Assembly: GCA_964057225.1 (NCBI GenBank)
Contig: OZ059896.1
Span: forward strand, 12,028,001-12,092,000
Origin: Auanema rhodensis
Lineage: Eukaryota > Animalia > Nematoda
Reading direction: 5' to 3'
DNA: 64,000 nt
The translations under genes were made by a program, and so were the position numbers. The stretch's first letter is position 1. Each line of letters opens with the position of its first letter. Positions 9,401-21,100 of the stretch are shown in pieces. The notes under the pieces are model-generated. The model saw nothing but the letters and a program-made list of their open reading frames with translations. It had not been told where the DNA came from and did not search any database.

Positions 9401-11642
9401 CAGTCCATACACTCAAGAAGCCTGCCTCACATTATCAAACAATCAAGACAATATCTCTTTCTTGAGAATACAGTGGATCAAAACCAACTACAAGTGTGAG
9501 ACTCGGTCCCTTTACTTCACAAGAGAATCAAAGACTCACGTACAAGACAGCAAAAGATGCCCACACACTGGATCATGCCAAGAAGAAAAATGCAGCAACA
9601 TCACCCCAAACTCAACTGTCAGCGAACTTCACATAGCTAACCAGTACCCAGGAACAACACACTGCACAGAATCCTGTGGTGGCATAGGATGCGGATGTTT
9701 TTACCCTTCATCAGGATGTCTTTTCTACAGGACCTACCAGAAGCCGACTGATACCTCGATATATGAAGTATACGACTGCAACTCTTGGACACCTACAACG
9801 GACCTCAGCCTAACATACCGAAACGGATCAACCACCATCTCCAAAAACGTCACTCTATACTCTGACGTTCCGAAGCACATATATCCATTCACGCTAACTA
9901 TTACAAGTCTCTCACCGCCAGTCATACCTGCGATGCAATACAAATTCATCCGCAACCTTACAAGAACAGCTATATGGAATCAACAACCCATGCTCTCATG
10001 CCCGAGCAGAAGAGACGCTATAAACATGAACTGTAACGCCACACCCACCTGCGTTTGCACACCGGCAGAAGACCAGGTCAACTGCCAGTGTCACGAAACA
10101 TCCATCACCTCAGCCTTTACCAACGTACAATCAGCTATTCCAATGCTAACACCCTCTTACATGATCATGAACGAGGAAAGAAACTTACGGATCAACATTA
10201 ACAGCAACATGTTAACTGTAATCCACATCAAAATCGACGGGGAATTCCACACTTCCTCATCTCAAGACTCCACACATTGCAACATTCAGGATTCACCATT
10301 AACCGGATGTTACAACTGCAACCGAGGAGCCCAAGCAAGTATCACATGTACTTCACCTCAACCAACTTTGGCAGCTATACAATGTGGTGAATCCGCATTC
10401 ATGACACAATGCAGTCCACAAGGAACAACCAACTCCATCCAGCTGCCTATCACCTCAGCCTCACCTAGGATCACATGCACATACACCTGCGGAACACAAG
10501 AAAACACATTCCTCCTCTCAGGAATGCTGTACTACGTCAACACACTTCAAGACCTACGCTCTCATTACATACTCGGGAATCACTCGTCTCTCCAAGAAAC
10601 AGCCTTCACCTTTTCTTGGCCCGACATTACTCACTTTTACAACATCTATCAGGAATGGTACAAAGCATTAGCAACCTGTCTACTCATTGCCATAATCGCT
10701 TTTACCTTTTCCTATTACATCATTACAACATACGCTACCAGACTAGCACTAGGCACCGCCCACTACATGGCTGCCGCAACATGTTACATCTTCCTCATTC
10801 CCCTCCGCGTCTTTATCATTTTTTGGCGCCAGCTCCTTCTCCTAAAGTCAAGGAAAACTCACATCCTAGTAGTATTCATTCTATTCACTATGTCACTCGC
10901 CAACACTAGAGCCTGCGAAATCAACCTAGTCTTGCAAAGATCACAAGAAAGATGCGACTCGTTTCTGAAGCTCACAAGAGAGAAACGGATTGAATGCTTG
11001 AAGGAACTCACCCAGCACATGGATCAATCACTTAGGGATTTTTACAAAACTGAGGCAAGTGAACTCTCTGACAAATCCAATCTCATCAACAGCGCCGCCA
11101 CTGCCTTAAAAAACTTCATAAGACTCAAAGATTTCCTTAACACCGCAAGAACACACCACGTGTTCCAAAATGAGCAAGACAAGCTCAAACCTTTTGGAAA
11201 CGAGAGAAGACTAAACGAGTTGATGAAGAGTATCCAAAGGGAACACATCCCAGCGATAAACGGAGACAAAATGCCGTACAACTCCTCTACCATCAAAAGG
11301 GACGGAGAAGCGCCAGGATGTCCTCAACCCAAGGGAAACATCATCGTCGTAGAAGCGCAGCCGGAGCTCAAAGAAATATTGGAAGAACTAAAACAGATGA
11401 GATCGGAGAACAAAAGGATGACCTCAGTACTAATCGAACAGCTCGACCAACAAAGGAAAATCGACTCGCTAAAGAAAGAACTGAAAGAGATCAAGGAACT
11501 ACTAGCGAAAGGGATCCAAGCCAAGCCTAGAGTGTCTAAGGAAACGCAGACTACCGGTAGGATCAAGACTAGAAAAGAAATGGAACAAGAAATTCTACCC
11601 ACTAAGAGGAACAAGACTCAGGCGGCGATCATCACCATATAG
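3390..11642 (+). CDS. Gag-Pol-Env polyprotein, 2750 aa
   Basis: Gag DIPRFDG..W..FW (3945); three Cys/His knuckles (4572-4760); aspartic protease ILDSGS (4950); RT RIVYDAS, DVKKAFLQ, PFG, YVDN (6165); RNase H TDSS/SDSE/NPAD; integrase HHCC, GLDYFGP, CDNA, GGFYERL (~7510-8060); Env from ~8751. Confidence 0.96.
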   Translation: MPVIRSPTRGQNDMVHQAESNEETRAEQWNSSCSLLLAKLKDNDARRKSYAVRQVTNTSNKTPSMIDTREREISNINGDILAINKLMDEMKHIPTDLRPEDQSRITKNEETLRKHISTLLSYSNDIQEQVNYLKGLNHTENSPDPTHTDSSQPSEHHLIGTAELTHATQPRSWETYRSRPTLKPVDIPRFDGNVKSWKNFWCLFHTLIHSSNMPTIEKFNYLRQSLTGEAASQIASFPTDEDYYFSAVHHLQDLYDDNDNITQHLMLEFLQIQARTSNQHDLLSMMDKIAGIFRQTEGNRNAELNSLAVVILHKKLPGNLLQEIYKSFPSEKTPDIRDLVDITRRHIRCQNKVKIFAADRFEKPITRVYNSPPGNTYNSQRNKPEAKKLAKTSSCIFCQKPHAPWDCDTTKSRKERLTILNQEKRCINCLRKTHNTESCPSKRTCSKCGEKHIDILCANKKKTTKVNLIESTPYNDEETEEHTVQFSSQFSTNQFKSALLPIGEIKIMTNGKFSTIPAILDSGSDTSFIEEELAKKLQLPVIESKRVKIKTFGNTKSVEHLTKVKATIKGTVSNITAHLWTKKTLTGPIKTVRIPKSDNSTFKLNQGTYVNPRILIGSDLMWQALTAIIPISDDHIQVKTQFGDFITGKASDQPSINAFSVITGNTSIPIDTWNKNFIEEQQEFTGTEQEEKQARDKLVLEQFQSTIQKRDDGYYVSFPWKDNINLLPDNKSLAHRRLISLVVKLSQQPDSLAAYDKIIQEQLDNGIIEPAEEPYPDAQTIHYIAHQAVLTPQKETTKLRIVYDASRHYQNRPSLNDVIHQGPLILPSLVGMILRFRCGKMALIADVKKAFLQIRLHESERDATRFFWLRDISKPMSTENTRTLRFCRVPFGINASPFLLAATIRHHLEQRSNENFLAHQIKENLYVDNLLLATNSEEDLKLGYQETKDIFAEMNMTLQEFITNSPDFNKNLLLEEKNTSAKPKVLGLPWDTETDQWIIQTKLPETKLTKRGITQAIASIFDPMGLISPCLHPLRLFLQNLWTENYDWDTTLPEEHQKTWHTLAENFNFNKTQQRALPEDPNQQYHLVTCTDSSGSALGFCTYLLAATSRIPTLIFAKSKLHSKNSNITIPKAEISALTVGVTNTNKIIKEMKDNIKILSTTFLSDSEITLAWIRRKPDQKTTGVLVQNRIKEIYDHIDQIEDMDIKTYFGYINTKDNPADIATRGCTTDELLNHFWWNPKAQIDKAINGPLFSLPQPEITVNTARTSEEYEESWLEHCNTWIQAQEKWIAENYSLLEKRLPTHYEEAELNLPHLHQHNLLVRLTAAQRNDLRPLLKDHLWHSRGRMQNSELDESAKLPIIVLPKTRTATLIIEHVHNQFHKSTSHTMAEVRQKFWIPQLRSQTISVIRRCVECQRMNNRPFTYPPPSGDIPSRRLNRSRPFQHIGLDYFGPLTVKDKPHKVWGCIYTCTVTRLLHLEVIEDLTTKAFLNCLRKIWARRGYPESITCDNATTFELGQKVANRLFSIANTTQTGDSHKIKWHNITPYAPWQGGFYERLIRSVKDSLHKTMKNIPTSEELSITLAECEATLNTRPLTYIGSDTGTDEIIRPCDFIHKDLDLNISFHSDDDDEEYLDNPALQTRADTEKAIHSSRQRTNKFWELWIELYLKELREHHKNNISVKKAGSNQQPRIDQYVLINESPIPRYKWPIGKITHISPDKNGQTREVTLLSESGRELKRPVNLLHPLELSDDDIPERLRNTNPSRDVPPIRQSNPRNVPRLWYGEQRTNLFTFLSIFSILLPIISATPTISCNYQGVQIQGISTNNQQVCIHNTCYNNSHDGNLIFPPADILTNYDVSWTFQHNSRIHHMMITCPAVHFCSTVTCTFCTATLFNPSCWPWTSMLLLTFLTYMLTALCYGILYTPWVIGKPIRLWIRLCTTIIMTIIKTIRHTRQPRPHKSAIPLLALMSLIQVTFSCQELAITSSEQSTCIQEKCHIQTTHNLNISPYTQEACLTLSNNQDNISFLRIQWIKTNYKCETRSLYFTRESKTHVQDSKRCPHTGSCQEEKCSNITPNSTVSELHIANQYPGTTHCTESCGGIGCGCFYPSSGCLFYRTYQKPTDTSIYEVYDCNSWTPTTDLSLTYRNGSTTISKNVTLYSDVPKHIYPFTLTITSLSPPVIPAMQYKFIRNLTRTAIWNQQPMLSCPSRRDAINMNCNATPTCVCTPAEDQVNCQCHETSITSAFTNVQSAIPMLTPSYMIMNEERNLRININSNMLTVIHIKIDGEFHTSSSQDSTHCNIQDSPLTGCYNCNRGAQASITCTSPQPTLAAIQCGESAFMTQCSPQGTTNSIQLPITSASPRITCTYTCGTQENTFLLSGMLYYVNTLQDLRSHYILGNHSSLQETAFTFSWPDITHFYNIYQEWYKALATCLLIAIIAFTFSYYIITTYATRLALGTAHYMAAATCYIFLIPLRVFIIFWRQLLLLKSRKTHILVVFILFTMSLANTRACEINLVLQRSQERCDSFLKLTREKRIECLKELTQHMDQSLRDFYKTEASELSDKSNLINSAATALKNFIRLKDFLNTARTHHVFQNEQDKLKPFGNERRLNELMKSIQREHIPAINGDKMPYNSSTIKRDGEAPGCPQPKGNIIVVEAQPELKEILEELKQMRSENKRMTSVLIEQLDQQRKIDSLKKELKEIKELLAKGIQAKPRVSKETQTTGRIKTRKEMEQEILPTKRNKTQAAIITI
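3430..3446 (+). promoter_or_regulatory. Primer binding site, probably for tRNA-Gly
   Basis: TGGTGCATCAAGCCGAG abuts the LTR. TGGTGCATC complements the ...GATGCACCA 3' end typical of tRNA-Gly(GCC); the tRNA assignment is from memory. Confidence 0.75.
8751..10830 (+). other. Env region: signal peptide, Gn-like segment, phlebovirus Gc-like class II fusion glycoprotein, TM anchor
   Basis: Hydrophobic NLFTFLSIFSILLPIISA; Cys-rich Gn with TM; internal signal ...QVTFS|CQEL (Gc starts ~9315); RCPHTGSC and fusion-loop-like CTESCGGIGCGCFYPSSGCLF (~9660-9725); GCYNCNRGA; TM ~10665-10730. Same pattern as nematode Cer13/Atlas-type env. Confidence 0.9.
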
Positions 11643-11655
11643 ATGTTCTCTTCTC

Positions 11656-11666
11656 GACGGCCGGAG
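11656..11666 (+). promoter_or_regulatory. Plus-strand priming (PPT-position) sequence GACGGCCGGAG
   Basis: Directly precedes the 3' LTR; only weakly purine-rich; identical in copy 2. Confidence 0.5.
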
Positions 11667-12199
11667 TGTGCTGAAGCACTCTCATCCCGTGATAATAGTG
11701 TTCCTCCTTAGTTTAAGTTCAATTGTACTTCTTTATTGTCCTCTCTTTGTACTATCCATTATCCTCAACTATCTAATCGATAATCCTGTAAGTTGTCACC
11801 AACGGCCGATTTGCCGATGAATCACCTATCGCCCTTTGCCATCTGATCCATTAGGCAAGATCTTAGGCGCGATAGCCGTCGCCCACTTGCAAGGGGGATG
11901 AATCACATAGGATTTAGACCCCTCCTCTCGCTTTCTACAATTAATACATTATCTATCACTTCCGGGGACCTAGTATATAAACCCGCAATAATTCTTCTAA
12001 ATCATGTCTCAATATCATTCTGCCACCGCTATCATCTTCCCGTCAATTTATTTCTGTTTTACTCGTATTGTATTCGTATCGCCGATAATAAACTCTTCTC
12101 TTGTACTCGCGTCTATTGCCTATTACTTGGACTAATATTCCACTACCACTGAACCACAAATGCCCGTTATTCGCTCTCCAACTAGAGGACAAAACGACA
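11667..12199 (+). repeat. 3' LTR of BEL copy 1 (533 bp)
   Basis: Direct repeat of 2897-3429, followed by TSD AATTC. Confidence 0.97.
12087..12092 (+). terminator. Candidate polyadenylation signal AATAAA in the 3' LTR
   Basis: AATAAA ~110 bp downstream of the TATA, followed by a T-rich tract; equivalent to 3317-3322 in the 5' LTR. Confidence 0.6.
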
Positions 12200-15100
12200 A
12201 ATTCCATATTTTAAACAATTTTATATTTCTACCACGAATTCATAACTTCATTTTTTAAATTTTTGATCATTAAAAAACATTTAAATTTCAATATTGTGAT
12301 GCTCAAAAACTGAAACATTTAAATATTTTGTATTTTCTAAACCATTTCACTCCATCTCTTTCATTTAATCCCACATTTTAAACAATTTTATATTTCTACC
12401 GCTATTTCATAATTTCATTTTTTAAATTTTTAATCATTAAAAAACATTCAAATTTCAATATTGTGATGCTCAAAAACTGAAACAGTTGAATATTTTGTAA
12501 TTTCTTAACCATTTTACTCTATCGCTTTTATTTAATCCCATATTTTAAACAATTTTATATTTCTACCGCTATTTCATAATTTCATTTTTTAAATTTTTAA
12601 TCATTAAAAAACATTTAAATTTCAATATTGTGATGCTCAAAAACTGAAACAGTTGAATATTTTGTATTTTCTAAACCATTTCACTCCATCTCTTTCATTT
12701 AATTCCATATTTTAAACAATTTTATATTTCTACCACGAATTCATAACTTCATTTTTTAAATTTTTGATCATTAAAAAACATTTAAATTTCAATATTGTGA
12801 TGCTCAAAAACTGAAACATTTAAATATTTTGTATTTTCTAAACCATTTCACTCCATCTCTTTCATTTAATTCCATATTTTAAACAATTTTATATTTCTAC
12901 CACGAATTCATAACTTCATTTTTTAAATTTTTGATCATTAAAAAACATTTAAATTTCAATATTGTGATGCTCAAAAACTGAAACAGTTGATTATTTTGTA
13001 ATTTCTAAACCATTTTACTCCATCTCTTTCATTTGATTCCATATTTTAAACAATTTTATATTTCTACCACGAATTCATAACTTCATTTTTCAAATTTTTG
13101 ATCATTAAAAAATATTTAAATTTCAATATTGTGATGCTTAAAAACTGAAACATTTAAATATTTTGTATTTTCTAAACCATTTCACTCCATCTCTTTCATT
13201 TAATTCCATATTTTAAACAATTTTATATTTCTACCACGAATTCATAACTTCATTTTTTTAATTTTTGATCATTAAAAAACATTTAAATTTCAATATTGTG
13301 ATGCTCAAAAACTGAAACAGTTGAATATTTTGTATTTTCTAAACCATTTTACTCCATCTCTTTCATTTAATTCCATATTTTAAACAATTTTATATTTCTA
13401 CCACGAATTCATAACTTCATTTTTTAAATTTTTGATCATTAAAAAACATTTAAATTTCAATATTGTGATGCTCAAAAACTGAAACAGTTGAATATTTTGT
13501 ATTTTCTAAACCATTTTACTCCATCGCTTTTATTTAATCCCATATTTTAAACAATTTTATATTTCTACCGCTATTTCATAATTTCATTTTTCAAATTTTT
13601 AATCATCGAAAAACATTTAAATTTCAATATTGTGATGCTCAAAAACTGAAACATTTAAATATTTTGTATTTTCTAAACCATTTCACTCCATCTCTTTCAT
13701 TTGATTCCATATTTTAAACAATTTTATATTTCTACCACGAATTCATAACTTCACTTTTTAAATTTTTGATCATTAAAAAATATTTAAATTTCAATATTGT
13801 GATGCTCAAAAACTGAAACATTTAAATATTTTGTATTTTCTAAACCATTTTACTCCATCTCTTTCATTTAATCCCACATTTTAAACAATTTTATATTTCT
13901 ACCGCTATTTCATAATTTCATTTTTTAAATTTTTAATCATTAAAAAACATTCAAATTTCAATATTGTGATGCTCAAAAACTGAAACATTAAAATATTTTG
14001 TATTTTCTAAACCATTTCACTCCATCTCTTTCATTTAATTCCATATTTTAAACAATTTTATATTTCTACCGCTATTTCATAATTTCATTTTTTAAATTTT
14101 TAATCATTAAAAAACATTTAAATTTCAATATTGTGATGCTCAAAAACTGAAACAGTTGAATATTTTGTATTTTCTAAACCATTTCACTCCATCTCTTTCA
14201 TTCAATTCCATATTTTAAACAATTTTATATTTCTACCGCTATTTCATAATTTCATTTTTTAAATTTTTAATCATTAAAAAACATTTAAATTTCAATATTG
14301 TGATGCTCAAAAACTGAAACATTTAAATATTTTGTATTTTCTAAACCATTTCACTCCATCTCTTTCATTTAATTCCATATTTTAAACAATTTTATATTTC
14401 TACCACGAATTCATAACTTCATTTTTTAAATTTTTGATCATTAAAAAACATTTAAATTTCAATATTGTGATGCTCAAAAACTGAAACAGTTGAATATTTT
14501 GTATTTTCTAAACCATTTTACTCCATCTATTTTATTTAATCCCACATTTTAAACAATTTTATATTTCTACCGCTATTTCATAATTTCATTTTTTAAATTT
14601 TTAATCATTAAAAAACATTCAAATTTCAATATTGTGATGCTCAAAAACTGAAACATTAAAATATTTTGTATTTTCTAAACCATTTCACTCCACCTCTTTC
14701 ATTTAATTCCATATTTTAAACAATTTTATATTTCTACCACGAATTCAGAACTTCATTTTTTAAATTTTTAATCATTAAAAAACATTTAAATTTCAATATT
14801 GTGATGCTCAAAAACTGAAACATTTAAATATTTTGTATTTTCTAAACCATTTCACTCCATCTCTTTCATTTAATTCCATATTTTAAACAATTTTATATTT
14901 CTACCACGAATTCATAACTTCATTTTTCAAATTTTTAATCATTAAAAAACATTTAAATTTCAATATTGTGATGCTCAAAAACTGAAACAGTTGAATATTT
15001 TGTAATTTCTAAACCATTTTACTCCATCGCTTTTATTTAATCCCATATTTTAAACAATTTTATATTTCTACCGCTATTTCATAATTTCATTTTTTAAATT

Positions 15101-18100
15101 TTTGATCATTAAAAAATATTCAAATTTCAATATTGTGATGCTCAAAAACTGAAACATTTAAATATTTTGTATTTTCTAAACCATTTCACTCCATCTCTTT
15201 CATTTAATTCCATATTTTAAACAATTTTATATTTCTACCACGAATTCATAACTTCATTTTTTAAATTTTTGATCATTAAAAAACATTTAAATTTCAATAT
15301 TGTGATGCTCAAAAACTGAAACATTTAAATATTTTGTATTTTCTAAACCATTTCACTCCATCTCTTTCATTTAATTCCATATTTTAAACAATTTTATATT
15401 TCTACCACGATTTCATAACTTCATTTTTTAAATTTTTAATCATTAAAAAACATTTAAATTTCAATATTGTGATGCTCAAAAACTGAAACATTTAAATATT
15501 TTGTATTTTCTAAACCATTTCACTCCATCTCTTTCATTTAATTCCATATTTTAAACAATTTTATATTTCTACCACGAATTCATAATTTCATTTTTTAAAT
15601 TTTTAATCATTAAAAAACATTTAAATTTCAATATTGTGATGCTCAAAAACTGAAACATTTAAATATTTTGTATTTTCTAAACCATTTCACTCCATCTCTT
15701 TCATTTAATTCCATATTTTAAACAATTTTATATTTCTACCACGAATTCATAACTTCATTTTTTAAATTTTTAATCATTAAAAAACATTTAAATTTCAATA
15801 TTGTGATGCTCAAAAACTGAAACAGTTGAATATTTTGTATTTTCTAAACCATTTTACTCCATATATTTTCTTTAATCCCATATTTTAAACCATTTTATAT
15901 TTCTACCGCTATTTCATAACTTCATTTTTTAAATTTTTGATCATTAAAAAACATTTAAATTTCAATATTGTGATGCTCAAAAACTGAAACAGTTGAATAT
16001 TTTGTATTTTCTAAACCATTTTACTCCATCTCTTTCATTTAATTCCATATTTTAAACAATTTTATATTTCTACCACGAATTCATAACTTCATTTTTTAAA
16101 TTTTTAATCATTAAAAAACATTTAAATTTCAATATTGTGATGCTCAAAAACTGAAACAGTTGAATATTTTGTATTTTCTAAACCATTTTACTCCATCTAT
16201 TTCATTTAATCCCATATTTTAAACAATTTTATATTTCTACCACGAATTCATAACTTCATTTTTTAAATTTTTGATCATTAAAAAACATTTAAATTTCAAT
16301 ATTGTGATGCTCAAAAACTGAAACAGTTGAATATTTTGTATTTTCTAAACCATTTTACTCCATCGCTTTTATTTAATTCCTTATTTTGAACAATTTTATA
16401 TTTCTACCACGAATTCATAACTTCATTTTTTAAATTTTTAATCATTAAAAAACATTTAAATTTCAATATTGTGATGCTCAAAAACTGAAACATTTAAATA
16501 TTTTGTATTTTCTAAACCATTTCACTCCATCTCTCTCATTTAATTCCATGTTTTAAACAATTTTATATTTCTACCGCTATTTCATAATTTCATTTTTTAA
16601 ATTCTTAATCATTAAAAAACATTTAAATTTCAATATTGTGATGCTCAAAAACTGAAACAGTTGAATATTTTGTATTTTCTAAACCATTTTACTCCATCTA
16701 TTTCATTTAATCTCTTATTTTAAACAATTTTATATTTCTACCGCTATTTCATAATTTCATTTTTTAAATTTTTAATCATTAAAAAACATTTAAATTTCAA
16801 TATTGTGATGCTCAAAAACTGAAACATTTAAATATTTTGTATTTTCTAAACCATTTCACTCCATCTCTTTCATTTAATTCCATATTTTAAACAATTTTAT
16901 ATTTCTACCGCTATTTCATAATTTCATTTTTTAAATTTTTAATCATTAAAAAACATTTAAATTTCAATATTGTGATGCTCAAAAACTGAAACATTTAAAT
17001 ATTTTGTATTTTCTAAACCATTTCACTCCATCTCTTTCATTTAATTCCATATTTTAAACAATTTTATATTTCTACCGCTTTTTCATAATTTCATTTTTTA
17101 AATTCTTAATCATTAAAAAACATTTAAATTTCAATATTGTGATGCTCAAAAACTGAAACAGTTGAATATTTTGTATTTTCTAAACCATTTTACTCCATCT
17201 ATTTCATTTAATCCCACATTTTAAACAATTTTATATTTCTACCGCTATTTCATAATTTCATTTTTTAAATTTTTAATCATTAAAAAACATTTAAATTTCA
17301 ATATTGTGATGCTCAAAAACTGAAACATTTAAATATTTTGTATTTTCTAAACCATTTCACTCCATCTCTTTCATTTAATTCTATATTTTAAACAATTTTA
17401 TATTTCTACCACGAATTCATAACTTCATTTTTTAAATTTTTAATCATTAAAAAACATTTAAATTTCAATATTGTGATGCTCAAAAACTGAAACAGTTGAA
17501 TATTTTGTATTTTCTAAACCATTTCACTCCATCTCTTTCATTTAATTCCATATTTTAAACAATTTTATATTTCTACCACGAATTCATAACTTCATTTTTT
17601 AAATTTTTGATCATTAAAAAACATTTAAATTTCAATATTGTGATGCTCAAAAACTGAAACATTTAAATATTTTGTATTTTCTAAACCATTTCACTCCATC
17701 TCTTTCATTTAATTCCATATTTTAAACAATTTTATATTTCTACCACGAATTCATAACTTCATTTTTTAAATTTTTGATCATTAAAAAACATTTAAATTTC
17801 AATATTGTGATGCTCAAAAACTGAAACAGTTGAATATTTTGTAATTTCTAAACCATTTTACTCCATCGCTTTTATTTAATCCCATATTTTAAACAATTTT
17901 ATATTTCTACCGCTATTTCATAATTTCATTTTTTAAATTTTTAATCATTAAAAAACATTTAAATTTCAATATTGTGATGCTCAAAAACTGAAACAGTTGA
18001 ATATTTTGTATTTTCTAAACCATTTTACTCCATCTATTTTATTTAATTCCATATTTTAAACAATTTTATATTTCTACCACGAATTCATAACTTCATTTTT

Positions 18101-21100
18101 TAAATTTTTAATCATTAAAAAACATTTGAATTTCAATATTGTGATGCTCAAAAACTGAAACAGTTGAATATTTTGTATTTTCTAAACCATTTTACTCCAT
18201 CTATTTTATTTAATCCCATATTTTAAACAATTTTAAATTTCTACCGCTATTTCATAATTTCATTTTTTAAATTTTTAATCATTAAAAAACATTTAAATTT
18301 CAATATTGTGATGCTCAAAAACTGAAACATTTAAATATTTTGTATTTTCTAAACCATTTCACTCCATCTCTTTCATTTAATTCCATATTTTAAACAATTT
18401 TATATTTCTACCACGAATTCATAACTTCATTTTTCAAATTTTTAATCATTAAAAAACATTTAAATTTCAATATTGTGATGCTCAAAAACTGAAACAGTTG
18501 AATATTTTGTATTTTCTAAACCATTTTACTCCATCGATTTTATTTAATTCCATATTTTAAACAATTTTATATTTCTACCACGAATTCATAACTTCATTTT
18601 TTAAATTTTTGATCATTAAAAAACATTTAAATTTCAATATTGTGATGCTCAAAAACTGAAACAGTTGAATATTTTGTATTTTCTAAACCATTTTACTCCA
18701 TCTCTTTCATTTAATCCCACATTTTAAACAATTTTATATTTCTACCGCTATTTCATAATTTCATTTTTTAAATTTTTAATCATTAAAAAACATTTAAATT
18801 TCAATATTGTGATGCTCAAAAACTGAAACAGTTGAATATTTTGTATTTTCTAAACCATTTTACTCCATCTATTTCATTAAATCCCACATTTTAAACAATT
18901 TTATATTTCTACCGCTATTTCATAATTTCATTTTTTAAATTTTTAATCATTAAAAAACATTTAAATTTCAATATTGTGATGCTCAAAAACTGAAACATTT
19001 AAATATTTTGTATTTTCTAAACCATTTCACTCCATCTCTTTCATTTAATTCCATATTTTAAACAATTTTATATTTCTACCACGAATTCATAACTTCATTT
19101 TTTAAATTTTTAATCATTAAAAAACATTTAAATTTCAATATTGTGATGCTCAAAAACTGAAACATTTAAATATTTTGTATTTTCTAAACCATTTCACTCC
19201 ATCTCTTTCATTTAATTCCATATTTTAAACAATTTTATATTTCTACCACGAATTCGTAACTTCATTTTTCAAATTTTTAATCATTAAAAAACATTTAAAT
19301 TTCAATATTGTGATGCTCAAAAACTGAAACAGTTGAATATTTTGTATTTTCTAAACCATTTTACTCCATCGATTTTATTTAATCCCATATTTTGAACAAT
19401 TTTATATTTCTACCGCTATTTCATAATTTCATTTTTTAAATTTTAATCATTAAAAAACATTTAAATTTCAATATTGTGATGCTCAAAAACTGAAACATTT
19501 AAATATTTTGTATTTTCTAAACCATTTCACTCCATCTCTTTCATTTAATTCCATATTTTAAACAATTTTATATTTCTACCACGAATTCATAACTTCATTT
19601 TTTAAATTTTTGATCATTAAAAAACATTTAAATTTCAATATTGTGATGCTCAAAAACTGAAACATTTAAATATTTTGTATTTTCTAAACCATTTCACTCC
19701 ATCTCTTTCATTTAATTCCATATTTTAAACAATTTTATATTTCTACCACGAATTCATAACTTCATTTTTTTAATTTTTGATCATTAAAAAACATTTAAAT
19801 TTCAATATTGTGATGCTCAAAAACTGAAACAGTTGAATATTTTGTATTTTCTAAACCATTTTACTCCATCTCTTTCATTTAATTCCATATTTTAAACAAT
19901 TTTATATTTCTACCACGAATTCATAACTTCATTTTTTAAATTTTTGATCATTAAAAAACATTTAAATTTCAATATTGTGATGCTCAAAAACTGAAACAGT
20001 TGAATATTTTGTATTTTCTAAACCATTTTACTCCATCGCTTTTATTTAATCCCATATTTTAAACAATTTTATATTTCTACCGCTATTTCATAATTTCATT
20101 TTTCAAATTTTTAATCATCGAAAAACATTTAAATTTCAATATTGTGATGCTCAAAAACTGAAACATTTAAATATTTTGTATTTTCTAAACCATTTCACTC
20201 CATCTCTTTCATTTGATTCCATATTTTAAACAATTTTATATTTCTACCACGAATTCATAACTTCACTTTTTAAATTTTTGATCATTAAAAAATATTTAAA
20301 TTTCAATATTGTGATGCTCAAAAACTGAAACATTTAAATATTTTGTATTTTCTAAACCATTTTACTCCATCTCTTTCATTTAATCCCACATTTTAAACAA
20401 TTTTATATTTCTACCGCTATTTCATAATTTCATTTTTTAAATTTTTAATCATTAAAAAACATTCAAATTTCAATATTGTGATGCTCAAAAACTGAAACAT
20501 TAAAATATTTTGTATTTTCTAAACCATTTCACTCCATCTCTTTCATTTAATTCCATATTTTAAACAATTTTATATTTCTACCGCTATTTCATAATTTCAT
20601 TTTTTAAATTTTTAATCATTAAAAAACATTTAAATTTCAATATTGTGATGCTCAAAAACTGAAACAGTTGAATATTTTGTATTTTCTAAACCATTTCACT
20701 CCATCTCTTTCATTCAATTCCATATTTTAAACAATTTTATATTTCTACCGCTATTTCATAATTTCATTTTTTAAATTTTTAATCATTAAAAAACATTTAA
20801 ATTTCAATATTGTGATGCTCAAAAACTGAAACATTTAAATATTTTGTATTTTCTAAACCATTTCACTCCATCTCTTTCATTTAATTCCATATTTTAAACA
20901 ATTTTATATTTCTACCACGAATTCATAACTTCATTTTTTAAATTTTTGATCATTAAAAAACATTTAAATTTCAATATTGTGATGCTCAAAAACTGAAACA
21001 GTTGAATATTTTGTATTTTCTAAACCATTTTACTCCATCTATTTTATTTAATCCCACATTTTAAACAATTTTATATTTCTACCGCTATTTCATAATTTCA

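Larger units (their letters stand above)
2897..12199 (+). mobile_element. Full-length BEL/Pao LTR retrotransposon / endogenous belpaovirus with phlebovirus-like env, copy 1 (9303 bp)
   Basis: 533-bp TG...CA LTRs; 5-bp TSD AATTC at 2892-2896 and 12200-12204; PBS directly after the 5' LTR; single ORF with the BEL domain order Gag-PR-RT-RH-IN plus Env. Confidence 0.97.

Noticed and set aside
3548-11614. Many 60-144 aa antisense or alternate-frame ORFs inside both BEL copies and the DIRS
   Set aside because: Shadow ORFs of the strongly A/C-biased coding strand with no motifs. Sharing between near-identical copies is not evidence of selection.
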